From the IMG/VR virus record IMGVR_UViG_3300041409_000348, positions 1-64,000 of that record: a stretch of DNA of 64,000 bases, one strand, 5' to 3'. Shown here piece after piece: positions 50,355 to 60,202 of the stretch. Origin of the DNA: a virus. The stretch's first letter is position 1, and each line of letters starts with the position of its first letter. The position numbers were made by a program, and so were the translations under genes. The notes beneath the pieces are model-generated. The model made no database searches. It was not told the origin of the DNA and saw only the letters and a program-made list of their open reading frames with translations.

Positions 50355-50490
50355 GAGGCGGGAGAGCGCGCCGGTCCCGGTTCTCACGCTCCTGCCCGGG
50401 ATAACACTGACCGGTGTGGCTCTCCGGGCGGCGGTGACTAGTACGTCCCGCCCCTCTTGATCAGCGTAGCGCCCGACGGAAGGCCCGCAG

Positions 50491-51789
50491 TTGAAGACTC
50501 CCGCACCGCAGCGCGCCGCTGGCCGTAAGAAGCTCGCCGCGATGGGCCAGGCCCTAAGCGACGGCACGGCACCGATCCCGGACGTCGCCTACCTGAAGAA
50601 GGCGATCCGGGCGAAGGGCCGCGTTGACCCGTCCAAGTGGCCGGCGCTGAAGGCCCTGATCGTGAAGCGGGCGAAGGCTCTCGGTGCCACGAACGCACCC
50701 GGCGTCAAGGGCACGTGGGCGTTCCAGGCCGCGAACGACGGTGAGGCGCTTGAGATGAGCAGTTACATCGCCCCGCACATGCCGGCCGGTTCCCCGCAAG
50801 GCGGCCAGTTCGGCACCACCTCAGGCGGCGGCGGAAAGCCGACTCCCGCGCAGCAGCACGCCGCCCATGACGCCCACCTCGCGCATCTGCAGCATCTGGT
50901 GGACACCGGCAAGGCGACCCCGGCGCAGAAAGCGGAACTGGCCGCGGCGAAGAAGGCCGCGGCTCCGGGGTCGGCGCAGGTGCAGAAGGCGCTGGCGGCG
51001 GTGAAGGCGGGGGCGGCAGCCACCCCGGCACCCAAGGCGAAGAAGGCCAAGGCCCCCGCGAAGCCGAAAGCCCCCGCGAAGCCGAAGGTCAACAAGACGA
51101 AGGGCACCGTCACCGCCACGATCGGCGGCAAAAAAGTGACGATGACCCTGCACCAGTGGCATCAGCTGCACGTCGCGCACGAGAAGGCCATCAAGGCAGC
51201 GAATGACACGGAGGCGATTGAGATGGCCACGGCCACCCCCCGGAAGATGCCGATGGTGCGTGGTGCCGCTGACGTCCAGTTGCGCCGCACCGGGCCCGGC
51301 ATGATCACCGTGCAGCACAAGTCGACGGGCATGAAGGTCGGGACGATCACCCCGAAGGGCAACGGCTGGCAGGGCATGCACGCCACCGGCACGATGACCG
51401 GCGCCTCGGGCAGCCAGCAGGGTGCCCTGACGGGCCTGATCGCGTTCCACAACAAGCAGGCGGCGAAAGCGAAAGCGTCCGGGTTCCCGCCCGCCCAGCA
51501 GGACGGCACAGCGGTCATGCCCGGCTCCAAGACGTACACGGCCGGGCAGGACGCCGTGGACCTCGCCGGCGCGCTCCCCGTATCCACCCCGGCGTCGTCG
51601 TCCTCGGATGGGCCGCGGGTCACGTCGATGGGCTCCGGCAAGCCGGCGGCGGCGCCGAGCGGCGACCCGTCTGGCCTGTCCCCGTACGCGCTGGCGATCT
51701 ACCGGAAGTTCCTGGCGAAGAAGATGAAGCCGGCGGTGGCGCTGGCGTTCGCGAAGCGCGCCGACGCGATGCACGCGAAAGCGGCCTAG
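50491..51789 (+). CDS. basic Ala/Lys-rich head-associated protein
   Basis: PIPDVAYLKKAI, PAGSPQGGQF, PAKPK repeats. Confidence 0.7.
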   Translation: MKTPAPQRAAGRKKLAAMGQALSDGTAPIPDVAYLKKAIRAKGRVDPSKWPALKALIVKRAKALGATNAPGVKGTWAFQAANDGEALEMSSYIAPHMPAGSPQGGQFGTTSGGGGKPTPAQQHAAHDAHLAHLQHLVDTGKATPAQKAELAAAKKAAAPGSAQVQKALAAVKAGAAATPAPKAKKAKAPAKPKAPAKPKVNKTKGTVTATIGGKKVTMTLHQWHQLHVAHEKAIKAANDTEAIEMATATPRKMPMVRGAADVQLRRTGPGMITVQHKSTGMKVGTITPKGNGWQGMHATGTMTGASGSQQGALTGLIAFHNKQAAKAKASGFPPAQQDGTAVMPGSKTYTAGQDAVDLAGALPVSTPASSSSDGPRVTSMGSGKPAAAPSGDPSGLSPYALAIYRKFLAKKMKPAVALAFAKRADAMHAKAA

Positions 51790-52128
51790 CTAGGCGTAGC
51801 GCTCGAGCAGCGGCGTCAGCTTCGCCTGCAACTCCTCCCGCCCGGCCTCGGTGTCCATGTCGGCGATCTCAATCACCGCGTCGGCGACCTCACGGAGCCT
51901 GCCCGGCACGGGACGGCCCGCCACGGCGATAGCGACGATCGGCTTCCCGAGCATGATCGCCAAGCCCAGTTCGACCGCGAACTTGATGTCTACCTCGCCG
52001 TCGTCGGGGACGAGGCTGGCGACGAACGCCGAGTCCGTCATCTGCCTGACGGTCCCTTCGCGGACATTGGCGACCCAGCGGTCCCAGTCGCGGCGATCCT
52101 GCGGGCTCAGGTTCTCATCCCAGGTCAC
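51790..52128 (-). CDS. antisense moron, hypothetical
   Basis: ORF track; AVELGLAIMLGKPI. Confidence 0.55.
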   Translation of the reverse strand: MTWDENLSPQDRRDWDRWVANVREGTVRQMTDSAFVASLVPDDGEVDIKFAVELGLAIMLGKPIVAIAVAGRPVPGRLREVADAVIEIADMDTEAGREELQAKLTPLLERYA

Positions 52129-52344
52129 GTACGGCCTCCATTCGGGGCTTCTCCCGTGACGTTTCCCGCGCTTCCCGCATCACCTTCCGGAACTCGGGGT
52201 CCTTCGCCATCCGCAGCGCCTCCGCCAGCGAGTAGCCGGCCAGCGTCACCGACCCGTCCGGGCCGATCGTCATTGTCCGCTCGGCGCGTGCCCGCCGCCC
52301 CCTGAACATTCTCATGCGCAAACGGTAACGGAGGCGAGCCGAAC

Positions 52345-53676
52345 GTGACCACCACTGTCCTCACCCCGATGGACCGCGGGAAAGCCCGCCCGTCCGGCGC
52401 GTCCCTGTGGCGCAAGCAAGTCCTGCCGCTCGGCACCATCGACTACAAAGGCCGCAAGATCACGTTCAGCCGCGAATACCTCGCCGGCCTGGTCCGGGCG
52501 TTCGGTGACAAGGCGTATGACGTGGTGCCGTTCCAGTTCGCCGACGGCGCCAACAGCCACACCAACGCCCCCGAGCAGCGCCGCGGCACCGTCCGGGACC
52601 TGGAACTCACCGACGACGGCCTCGACATCATCGTCGAAGCCGGCCAGGACGCCGCGAAACACCTCGCCGAATACCCCGACCTGGGTGTGTCCGCCCGGAT
52701 CGTGGAGGCCTACGACCGGGCCGACGGGAAGTTTTTCCCCGCCGCCATCCAGCACGTCCTCGGCACCCTGGACCCGCGGATCACGGGCCTGCGGCCGTGG
52801 CAGGCGATCGACGCCGCCAACGACGGGGACGGTGACCTGATCGACCTCACCGACGCCCACTACACGGCGCCGTCTACGACGGCCGCCGCGTTCCCGCCCG
52901 GCGTGAACGTGGCTGGCCTGGGTGGGGGCGGCGGCGGAGCCACCACCGTCACCTTCACCGCGGACGGCGGCAAGCCCGAGCAAGAGCAGCCCAACCCAAC
53001 CGGCACTCCCACGGAGGAACACACGATGGCTTTCACCGCTGACCAGGAGGCCCGGCTGGCTAAGCTGCTCGACCTCCCCGACGACAAGTTCGACGCGATG
53101 CTCGCCGTCGCCGAGGCCGAGCCGCCCGCCGAGGGCGAGGAACTGCAGATGACCGACGAGGAGCTGCAGAAGCTCATCGCGTCGCTGGACGAGGATGAGG
53201 TAGCCGCTACCGAGCCGGAGACCGAGCCCGCCGCGCAGGACGACCGTGAGCTCGTGGGCGCGTCCCTGTCCAACGAGGCGCAGGCGCAGATCGACCTCGC
53301 CAACTCCCGCGCCGAGGAAACGTCCATCGAGCTGGCCCGGGTCACGTCGGCGCTGAACAAGGCCGCCTACGAGAAGGAACGCGACCACTACAGCCGCGAG
53401 TACGGCATCCCCCCGCGGATCACCGACCTCGCCCGCCCCGTCCTCGAAGGCGAAGGCCACGTCGTGGACCTCGCCAACGGCAGCACCGCCGACGCCGGCC
53501 AGATCGTCCGCAAGGTCCTGTCCGAAGTCGGCAAGACCGTCAAGATGCTGGACCTGTCCGGCGAGATGGGCTCCCCCCTCGACGGCGGCCGGGACGCTGA
53601 ACGCGCCGAGCAGGAGCAGACCGCGAAGGACCGCGCCGACATGGTGGGCCGCGTCCGCCAGATGACCGGCATCTAG
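52345..53676 (+). CDS. prohead protease/scaffold protein (Mu gpI-like)
   Basis: N-terminal protease-like region (GVSARI...HVLGTLDP); acidic scaffold C-terminus; precedes the capsid genes. Confidence 0.7.
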   Translation: MTTTVLTPMDRGKARPSGASLWRKQVLPLGTIDYKGRKITFSREYLAGLVRAFGDKAYDVVPFQFADGANSHTNAPEQRRGTVRDLELTDDGLDIIVEAGQDAAKHLAEYPDLGVSARIVEAYDRADGKFFPAAIQHVLGTLDPRITGLRPWQAIDAANDGDGDLIDLTDAHYTAPSTTAAAFPPGVNVAGLGGGGGGATTVTFTADGGKPEQEQPNPTGTPTEEHTMAFTADQEARLAKLLDLPDDKFDAMLAVAEAEPPAEGEELQMTDEELQKLIASLDEDEVAATEPETEPAAQDDRELVGASLSNEAQAQIDLANSRAEETSIELARVTSALNKAAYEKERDHYSREYGIPPRITDLARPVLEGEGHVVDLANGSTADAGQIVRKVLSEVGKTVKMLDLSGEMGSPLDGGRDAERAEQEQTAKDRADMVGRVRQMTGI

Positions 53677-53679
53677 GTC

Positions 53680-53850
53680 ATGGCCCGGCATGTCGTCACC
53701 GTGACCACCGCGGCGACCTCCACCACCCCGGCACTGGTCAAAGGCCAGGTCATCGAACTGACCACCGGGCAGGAAACCACCCTGTCCACCGCGATCCGCG
53801 CCACCACGTTCCGGGACACCACCGGCGAGAACGTCGGCGTCTCCAACTAG
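53680..53850 (+). CDS. small Thr-rich virion protein ending GVSN
   Basis: 56 aa, translated by hand. Confidence 0.55.
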   Translation: MARHVVTVTTAATSTTPALVKGQVIELTTGQETTLSTAIRATTFRDTTGENVGVSN

Positions 53851-53881
53851 CACCACCCCGCACGGCCCCGAACCGCTTCCA

Positions 53882-53905
53882 CCCGCCCTCAGTGCGGGTT
53901 TTTTT
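53882..53905 (+). terminator. intrinsic terminator inside the late operon
   Basis: CCCGC...GCGGG plus T7. Confidence 0.6.
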
Positions 53906-53935
53906 GTGCCCCACGACAGGACGGTGTGACTCGCA

Positions 53936-54397
53936 ATGAGCGGAAGTCTCCCGCATTACAAGCTCGGCCCAGCCTCCTACCAGGTGTCCGCACTCGTAAC
54001 CGGCGGCCAGCTCGTCACCGCCGACGCGAGCCCCGCGACCACGGTCTCCGTGGCCGGCGCCGGCGCCATTCTCGTCGTCGGCGTCGCCGGCAACGACGCG
54101 GCCCCGATCCCGAACCAGGCCGGCTCTACGGACACCGCCGCCGGGGGTGCGCCGCTGGTCGACATCTCCGTCCTGTCGGACTACACGTCCGTGTACTCCA
54201 GCGGCTACGACATGCACGTCACCTACGCCGCGAACTGCACCTTCGGGACGCTCCTGAAGGCCGCCGCGAACGGCACCGTCACCCCGTGGGTGTCCGGCAC
54301 CGACACCAACGCCGCCCTCATCGTCGGCCGCTGCACCCAGCCCGGCGGCGTCACCACCTCCACCAACGCCGTCGGCCGCGCCCGAATCGGCCTCTAA
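53936..54397 (+). CDS. capsid decoration/cement protein
   Basis: Gly/Ala/Thr-rich; directly upstream of the MCP. Confidence 0.7.
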   Translation: MSGSLPHYKLGPASYQVSALVTGGQLVTADASPATTVSVAGAGAILVVGVAGNDAAPIPNQAGSTDTAAGGAPLVDISVLSDYTSVYSSGYDMHVTYAANCTFGTLLKAAANGTVTPWVSGTDTNAALIVGRCTQPGGVTTSTNAVGRARIGL

Positions 54398-54436
54398 ACG
54401 CCGGACGAAGCACTTCAAGAAAACTAGGAGACCAAA

Positions 54437-55351
54437 GTGCCCACTCCGGCATATTCCAGCCTTGACGGCCCCCGGGTCACAGTCGACGCCCTGCTCAAGG
54501 ACCCGCTGGTCATTCCCGCGCTGATCCTCGACATGACCCAGAACGAGTTCATCGTCGACGCCGTGCTCCGGCAGGGTGGCCTCGCCACCTCCGGCGCCGT
54601 CCGCTACTCCGAGTCGACGCCGCTGTACGCCGACGACACCCCGGAGATCCGCGCCGAGTTCGCTGAGGTGCCGGTCGTGCCGACCAGCGTCGGCGTCCCG
54701 CGCGTGGTGTTCACCCACGAGCGCGCCATGGCGATCATGGTGTCCGACGAGATGCGGCGCCGCCAGGCCATCGACCCGGTGACGCGGCAGCTCACCCAGG
54801 TCAAGAACACGATGGTGTACTCCTGGAACCAGGCTTTCTTCTCGGCCGTGGTCGCCAACGCCGGCATCCAGACGCTGGCCGTGTCGAACCCGTGGGCCTC
54901 GAGCAACGCCACCATCCGCGGGGACATCGCCAACGCGGTGTATCTGGTCGAGAACGCTTCGATCAGCAGCTCGATCAGCGGCCTGTCTCAGTTCCTCGGC
55001 TTCGAGGCAGACACCATGATCATCAACCACGGGACGAAGAACAGCCTGCTCCAGTCGTCCTCGTTCGCCGCGCCCTACATCGGGGATATTGCGTCGGAGT
55101 CGCTCCAGTACACGGGCGTGCTGCCTAATCGCATTTTTAATCTTGATGTAATGGTGAGCCGACAGATCCCGGCCGGAAATGCCATTGTCATGCAGCGCAA
55201 TAGGTGCGGCTTTATCGCCGATGAATTGCCCATGCAGGCTTCCCCGCTCTACAGGGATGAGCCGCGTAAGACACAGAGGTCGGACGTACAAAGGGCCAGC
55301 GCCATTGGGCTTGACCAACCTTTGAGTATCGTGCTGCTCAGCGGGGTATAA
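54437..55351 (+). CDS. major capsid protein
   Basis: VTVDALLKDP, AEFAEVP; size and position; RBS AGGAG. Confidence 0.8.
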   Translation: MPTPAYSSLDGPRVTVDALLKDPLVIPALILDMTQNEFIVDAVLRQGGLATSGAVRYSESTPLYADDTPEIRAEFAEVPVVPTSVGVPRVVFTHERAMAIMVSDEMRRRQAIDPVTRQLTQVKNTMVYSWNQAFFSAVVANAGIQTLAVSNPWASSNATIRGDIANAVYLVENASISSSISGLSQFLGFEADTMIINHGTKNSLLQSSSFAAPYIGDIASESLQYTGVLPNRIFNLDVMVSRQIPAGNAIVMQRNRCGFIADELPMQASPLYRDEPRKTQRSDVQRASAIGLDQPLSIVLLSGV

Positions 55352-55476
55352 TCGAACACTTGATCTAGGGTCAAGCGCGTTCGTTTCATACGATAGAATG
55401 GAGGAAAAGTAAAGGTCCCGGCACCTGCTCCACAGGTACCGGGACGTGTCCACACCGATTCAGGCGGTGCAACACC

Positions 55477-56712
55477 ATGCAGAATACCCCTGCCCGCAGG
55501 GTCTTCCTGGCGCGCAAGTGCCTAGATTGCCCGGTCCGGTTCACGCCCACAGGTGCCAAGCAGGTCCGCTGCCCGGACTGCCAGGCCGTGGAGAGCGCGA
55601 AGGTGGTTCGCGAGGCCCGCGCCCGGGAGATGATCCGCCGGAAGGCGGTCCGTGCGGAGGCCCGCCTCGCCGGTCCTCGCTGTTCCGTTTGCAGGGCACC
55701 TCTCCGCAAGAACAACACCATCGGCCGATGCCAGGAACACCGCTACATCGGTGAAGGCATGGGTGCCTGCACCCACTGCGGGAAGCCGGTCCGGCGCGAC
55801 AACCAGAGCGGGTACTGCGAGGAGCACAAGTACGCCACCTCGCGCGCGCCGGTACGGTTCTGCGCCAGCAGTGAGGGCTGCGGCAGGCAGCTCCGGATAG
55901 ACAACGAATCCGGCTACTGTGCGCGTCACTTCTCAGAGTCCCCTCTGTGGCGTGAATGCAGGGACCGGTTCAACGCCAAACTGCGGGAGCAAAACCGCCT
56001 GCGCCCCGACGAGCGCCGGTTCTGCTCGGAGCCAAGATGCCCTAACCGGCTCCGCTCCGACAACACCACCGGCCGCTGCGCGGGGCACGTCTATATCCCC
56101 GTGGACATGCCGGAATGCACTGTCGAGAGATGCACCAACCGCCTGACTGTGCGCAACACGACCGGCCGCTGCTGGGAGGAGCATCACGCGAAGTACTGGG
56201 TGGCTGAGCAGTGCGGCCACGTCGGCTGCGAGCAAATCCTGCACGAGGACAACAGCCTCGGATACTGCCACGAGCACCGCAGCGAGGCCGAGCAGCACCA
56301 GGAATACATGCGCGCCTACTACCAGAGCCGGAAGGCCGAGTTCCAGGCGTACGCGAAGGCGTGGCGGCTGGCCAACGGCGATGACCACCGCGCGGCTGTG
56401 CGCGCATGGAGCACTGCCAACAGGGAAGCCCGGCAAGCCATGCACGCCCGCCGGCGCACGCGCATCAAAGTGGCCATGACTGATCTCGACCGGCAGCAGT
56501 CAGTCGCCCGCCGCAGGGACATCAAGAACAACCCCTGCTTCTACTGCGGGACCGCCGAGACTTCCGACACGGACCACTTCTTTCCGCTCGCCAAGGGCGG
56601 CACGGACCACTGGTGGAACCTCGTCCGCGCCTGCGACCCGTGCAATTCCCGTAAAAACGCCACCTGCGGCACTGCGTTCCTGCTCCGCGCCGGTGGCCTG
56701 ACCCTCACCTAA
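55477..56712 (+). CDS. HNH endonuclease with tandem Cys/His repeats
   Basis: CFYCG...DHFFPLAKGG...NLVRACDPCNSRK. Confidence 0.9.
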   Translation: MQNTPARRVFLARKCLDCPVRFTPTGAKQVRCPDCQAVESAKVVREARAREMIRRKAVRAEARLAGPRCSVCRAPLRKNNTIGRCQEHRYIGEGMGACTHCGKPVRRDNQSGYCEEHKYATSRAPVRFCASSEGCGRQLRIDNESGYCARHFSESPLWRECRDRFNAKLREQNRLRPDERRFCSEPRCPNRLRSDNTTGRCAGHVYIPVDMPECTVERCTNRLTVRNTTGRCWEEHHAKYWVAEQCGHVGCEQILHEDNSLGYCHEHRSEAEQHQEYMRAYYQSRKAEFQAYAKAWRLANGDDHRAAVRAWSTANREARQAMHARRRTRIKVAMTDLDRQQSVARRRDIKNNPCFYCGTAETSDTDHFFPLAKGGTDHWWNLVRACDPCNSRKNATCGTAFLLRAGGLTLT

Positions 56713-56762
56713 CCCCGCCCTCCCGTGGCGGGCTTTCCCTACCGCCACGGAGGCGATCACTC

Positions 56763-57221
56763 ATGTCCGAAGCACAGCCGGAATCCAAGCCCGCGCCCCG
56801 GTCCCGGAACCGCGTCTGGGAAGCTCTCACGAACCTCTCGATTGGCCGCGGCGAGGACAAGGACAAGGCCGCGGACATCGTGCACAAGGGTGAGACCGTG
56901 ACCCTGACCGACGACCAGGCGCAGGGGTTCCTCAACCGGCATCGCCGCCCGGTGATCCGCCCCGCGGCCAACCAGAACGACGCCAGCCCCAGCATTCAGG
57001 CGAAGGATCTGTTCGGGCAGCGTCCCCCCGCGGAGGCGTTCGGTGCCCGCCCCGACCCGCCCGGCTCGTCCAAGGTGACCGTGAACGATGAGGTCGCCGA
57101 CCCCGCCGACCCGCGGAACGCCCCGGAAGCCAAGGACCCGAAGACGGACTTCTCCGTTGACCCGGCCGCGGCGAAGGACAAAGGCACCGGGGCCACCAGC
57201 ACCAAGGGCAGCAGCAAGTAA
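56763..57221 (+). CDS. hypothetical virion protein
   Basis: ORF track; RBS GGAGG. Confidence 0.65.
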   Translation: MSEAQPESKPAPRSRNRVWEALTNLSIGRGEDKDKAADIVHKGETVTLTDDQAQGFLNRHRRPVIRPAANQNDASPSIQAKDLFGQRPPAEAFGARPDPPGSSKVTVNDEVADPADPRNAPEAKDPKTDFSVDPAAAKDKGTGATSTKGSSK

Positions 57222-57558
57222 CCCATGGCCCAGTACGCCACGCTTGAGGTCACCATCGCCGATGTGGAACCTGTCGCGTCGTTTATCGCCCGGGTGTGCA
57301 AAGCGGACGCGATGATCCGGGGGATGACGCCGCAGGACGCGGCGGATCTGCCTGGTGCGGTGGTTGAGGGGATCGCGGAGCTCCAGTCGGCGGTGCGGGA
57401 TCTCGGGGCCGTGCCACCGCGCGGGGATGTCCTGTGAGCGCCCTCGTGCGTGAGGATGACGCCGACTACGTGTGCCCGTGGTGTGAGCGGAACCAGTGCT
57501 ATCGCTGTACCGAACGGGCGTGCACGTGCTGTTCCGGTGTCCCCGACGACGACGCGGC

Positions 57559-57927
57559 CTAGAGGGGCGCAGGGGAGCCGGTAGGCCGCTGCTGGCCAGT
57601 CCACGGGAGCGACAAGCCATCACCCTCGCGGCGCGGCACCAAGTGGATGTGCAGATGCCGGACGGTCTGGGTCGCTGCCGACCCGGCCGAAGTGATCAGG
57701 TTGTAGTGCCAGTCGGAAAACTCCAGCGGCCCCGCAATCATCGCGGCGAACTCCATCGCTTGGCCGGCGGTGACCGGATCGGCACCCGCGTCCGAGACGT
57801 GCTTGCGAGGGACCACAAGCAGATGCCCCTCGGTGACGGGGTTCAGCGGCTCGAAGGCGACAGCGGTCCGATCCGAGTAATCGAACTCGCCCGCCGCGAT
57901 GCGGGCACAGAACGGGCAGTCGTCCAC
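57559..57927 (-). CDS. HIT-family nucleotide hydrolase (antisense moron)
   Basis: DCPFC...GHLLVVP...QTVRHLHIHLVPR. Confidence 0.9.
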   Translation of the reverse strand: MDDCPFCARIAAGEFDYSDRTAVAFEPLNPVTEGHLLVVPRKHVSDAGADPVTAGQAMEFAAMIAGPLEFSDWHYNLITSAGSAATQTVRHLHIHLVPRREGDGLSLPWTGQQRPTGSPAPL

Positions 57928-57987
57928 CGCGCGATCCTCTCCACTGAAATAATGATCGCCGCTTACCGTAGCCCGATGAGGTGAGCC

Positions 57988-58995
57988 GTGAGCGCCCCGT
58001 ACTGGACCGATGGGCGCGTCTCGCTTCACCTTGGGGACTGTCGCGAGGTTATGGCGGCGATGGAAGCGGCCTCTGTGGATGCCGTGGTCACTGACCCGCC
58101 GTACGAATTGGCGTTTATGGGCCGTCAGTGGGATGCGAGCGGCATCGCTTACGACGTGGGCGTGTGGCGGGAATGCCTGCGCCTGCTCAAACCGGGTGGG
58201 TATCTGCTGGCGTTCGGCGGGACGCGGACCTATCACCGGCTGGCCTGCGCGGTTGAGGATGCCGGGTTCGAGATCCGCGACAGCATCGACTGGATCTACG
58301 GGTCCGGATTCCCGAAGGGCAAGGCGTGCCTGAAGCCGTCACACGAGCCGATCGTGATGGCGCGCAAGCCTGACCGCAAGAGCACGCCACTGCCGGGGCT
58401 GGATGATTGCCGGATCGGCAACGACACCAGCCGGGGCGATCGTTACCACGGCAAGGCTCCCGGTGGATCGCACGGTGACGGATTGACCGGCGGCCCTCGT
58501 GCCGAGCCATGGACGGTTCCGGCTGGCCGCTGGCCGCCGAACGTCCTGCTGTCCGATGAGGCTGCGGCCGAGCTGGACCGGCAGAGCGGGAATCTCGCCG
58601 GATGCGGTGGCCCCAAGAAGGTCGATAGCGGCGCTACGAGCATGTTCGGCATAGGCGCTGTGGCCCGGACCTACGAACGTGAGGGTGGCGGCGCGTCCCG
58701 CTTCTTCCCCGTCTTCCGCTACGAGGCCAAGGCGTCCAGCAAGGAACGCCCGCGCCTGCCGGACGGCACCACACATCCGACCGTCAAGCCGCTCAGCCTG
58801 ATGCGGTGGCTCGTCCGCCTCGTAACACCGGCCGGCGGCGTGGTGCTCGACCCGTTCGCGGGGAGTGGCACCACTGCCGAGGCCGCCCGGCTTGAGGACT
58901 TCCGCGCCATCTGCGCCGAGGCAGACGAGCGCTACTGCGAGCTCGCCGCCCGCCGGCTCTCGCAGGGCGTACTGATCCCGGAAGACGCGGCCTAA
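57988..58995 (+). CDS. N6A/N4C DNA methyltransferase
   Basis: TDPPY, HPTVKP, LDPFAGSGTT. Confidence 0.9.
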   Translation: MSAPYWTDGRVSLHLGDCREVMAAMEAASVDAVVTDPPYELAFMGRQWDASGIAYDVGVWRECLRLLKPGGYLLAFGGTRTYHRLACAVEDAGFEIRDSIDWIYGSGFPKGKACLKPSHEPIVMARKPDRKSTPLPGLDDCRIGNDTSRGDRYHGKAPGGSHGDGLTGGPRAEPWTVPAGRWPPNVLLSDEAAAELDRQSGNLAGCGGPKKVDSGATSMFGIGAVARTYEREGGGASRFFPVFRYEAKASSKERPRLPDGTTHPTVKPLSLMRWLVRLVTPAGGVVLDPFAGSGTTAEAARLEDFRAICAEADERYCELAARRLSQGVLIPEDAA

Positions 58996-59012
58996 GCCAG
59001 GGGGAGGCGTCG

Positions 59013-59522
59013 ATGGGTGCCATGTACTGCCTGCCGTCCGACATCCGCTCCAACGTCGCCGGCACGGACGCGGGCACGGGAACCTGCGCCATGCTCGAGG
59101 ACGCCCAATTGAACGCGGCCATCGGGCAGGCCAGCGCGAAGGTCGGTGCCTACGTGGGCACCGCGTACGTGGTCGACGCCGCTGACCCGGTGATTGTGGT
59201 GCCGGATCTGGTGAAGACGGTCACGGTGCAGCTGGCCACGTTCTACGCGACTTTGACGTACCGCAAGGGCAAAGACCTCTCGGCCATGGACCCCGTTTAC
59301 CTCGGGATGGTGGACGCCAACAAGGTCCTCGCGGACATCGCGGCGGGCCTGATCGAGGTGGCACCGACCGCACCCGCCGACCCGACCGATAAGCCCGGGA
59401 CGGTCATACAGACCATTCCGTCGATCTTCACCTACTCCGATAGCGGCGTCGTGCCGAACCGGCGTGGGGGCATCGAGGCGGCGGGCGCACCTGGTGCGCG
59501 GTTTGGCGAGGGCTGGTATTAG
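59013..59522 (+). CDS. head-to-tail adaptor (Mu gp36-like)
   Basis: MYC...DI...AI.QASA.V.AY; position. Confidence 0.65.
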   Translation: MGAMYCLPSDIRSNVAGTDAGTGTCAMLEDAQLNAAIGQASAKVGAYVGTAYVVDAADPVIVVPDLVKTVTVQLATFYATLTYRKGKDLSAMDPVYLGMVDANKVLADIAAGLIEVAPTAPADPTDKPGTVIQTIPSIFTYSDSGVVPNRRGGIEAAGAPGARFGEGWY

Positions 59523-60082
59523 GCGACACGCCTCCAGTTGACTCCCCTTATTGCGCGGCTCATGCACGTCGTGGAGATGCCGAACTCGTGGGCCAGTGAC
59601 CGCTGTGATTCCCCCGCCGCGTTCCTGCACCTGCACTCCCTGACGATCGCCTCCGTCAGCTTTGCCCAGGAAGCATCATCACCGTGTATGAGCGTGCCGT
59701 CCCGGTCGCGGTCGGCACCCTGATTCTCGCCGTGCGTGCCGTACTGGAGATTGATCAGCCGGTTGTCCTGCTTGCCGCCGGGGCCGTGCAGGACCTCCAT
59801 TCCCGGCGGACATGGCCCGACGAACGCGGCGAGCACCAGCCGGTGCACTGCCCACCCTTCCCATTCGTTGCCCCGGTACAGATGAACGGCCACGTAACCG
59901 CCATTCCCTGACGGTCCTAGCTTGAGTATCCGGCCACCCCGAACGCCGCTCACTGTCGGGCGCGGCAGACTGCGGACGCGCCCGAGGTCGCTGACGTCGT
60001 ACAAGCTTTCCCAGCCAGGAACAGGCAGCCACCGCTCGGCTTCGCCGTGATGCGGGAAGGGCAGTGTGGCAGGCTCGGTCAC
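59519..60082 (-). CDS. NUMOD4-HNH homing endonuclease
   Basis: ERWLPVPGWESLYDVSDLGRVRS; VHRLVLAAF; DNRLINL. Confidence 0.9.
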   Translation of the reverse strand: MTEPATLPFPHHGEAERWLPVPGWESLYDVSDLGRVRSLPRPTVSGVRGGRILKLGPSGNGGYVAVHLYRGNEWEGWAVHRLVLAAFVGPCPPGMEVLHGPGGKQDNRLINLQYGTHGENQGADRDRDGTLIHGDDASWAKLTEAIVRECRCRNAAGESQRSLAHEFGISTTCMSRAIRGVNWRRVA

Positions 60083-60202
60083 AGCGCAGGCTCCTTCTGC
60101 GTCAGGGGCCGGGGTAACGGTGCTGAGAACACCGCCTGGCCCCGCTCATAAGCTAGTTCGATTCTACCGCCCCGAGCTTCGCTGAAGGGGGGTGGCGAGG
60201 GC

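Noticed and set aside
42710-55453. Long minus-strand ORFs such as 42710..44989, 46079..47650, 52312..53856 and 53750..55453
   Set aside because: They are antisense shadows of GC3-rich real genes and carry no motifs.
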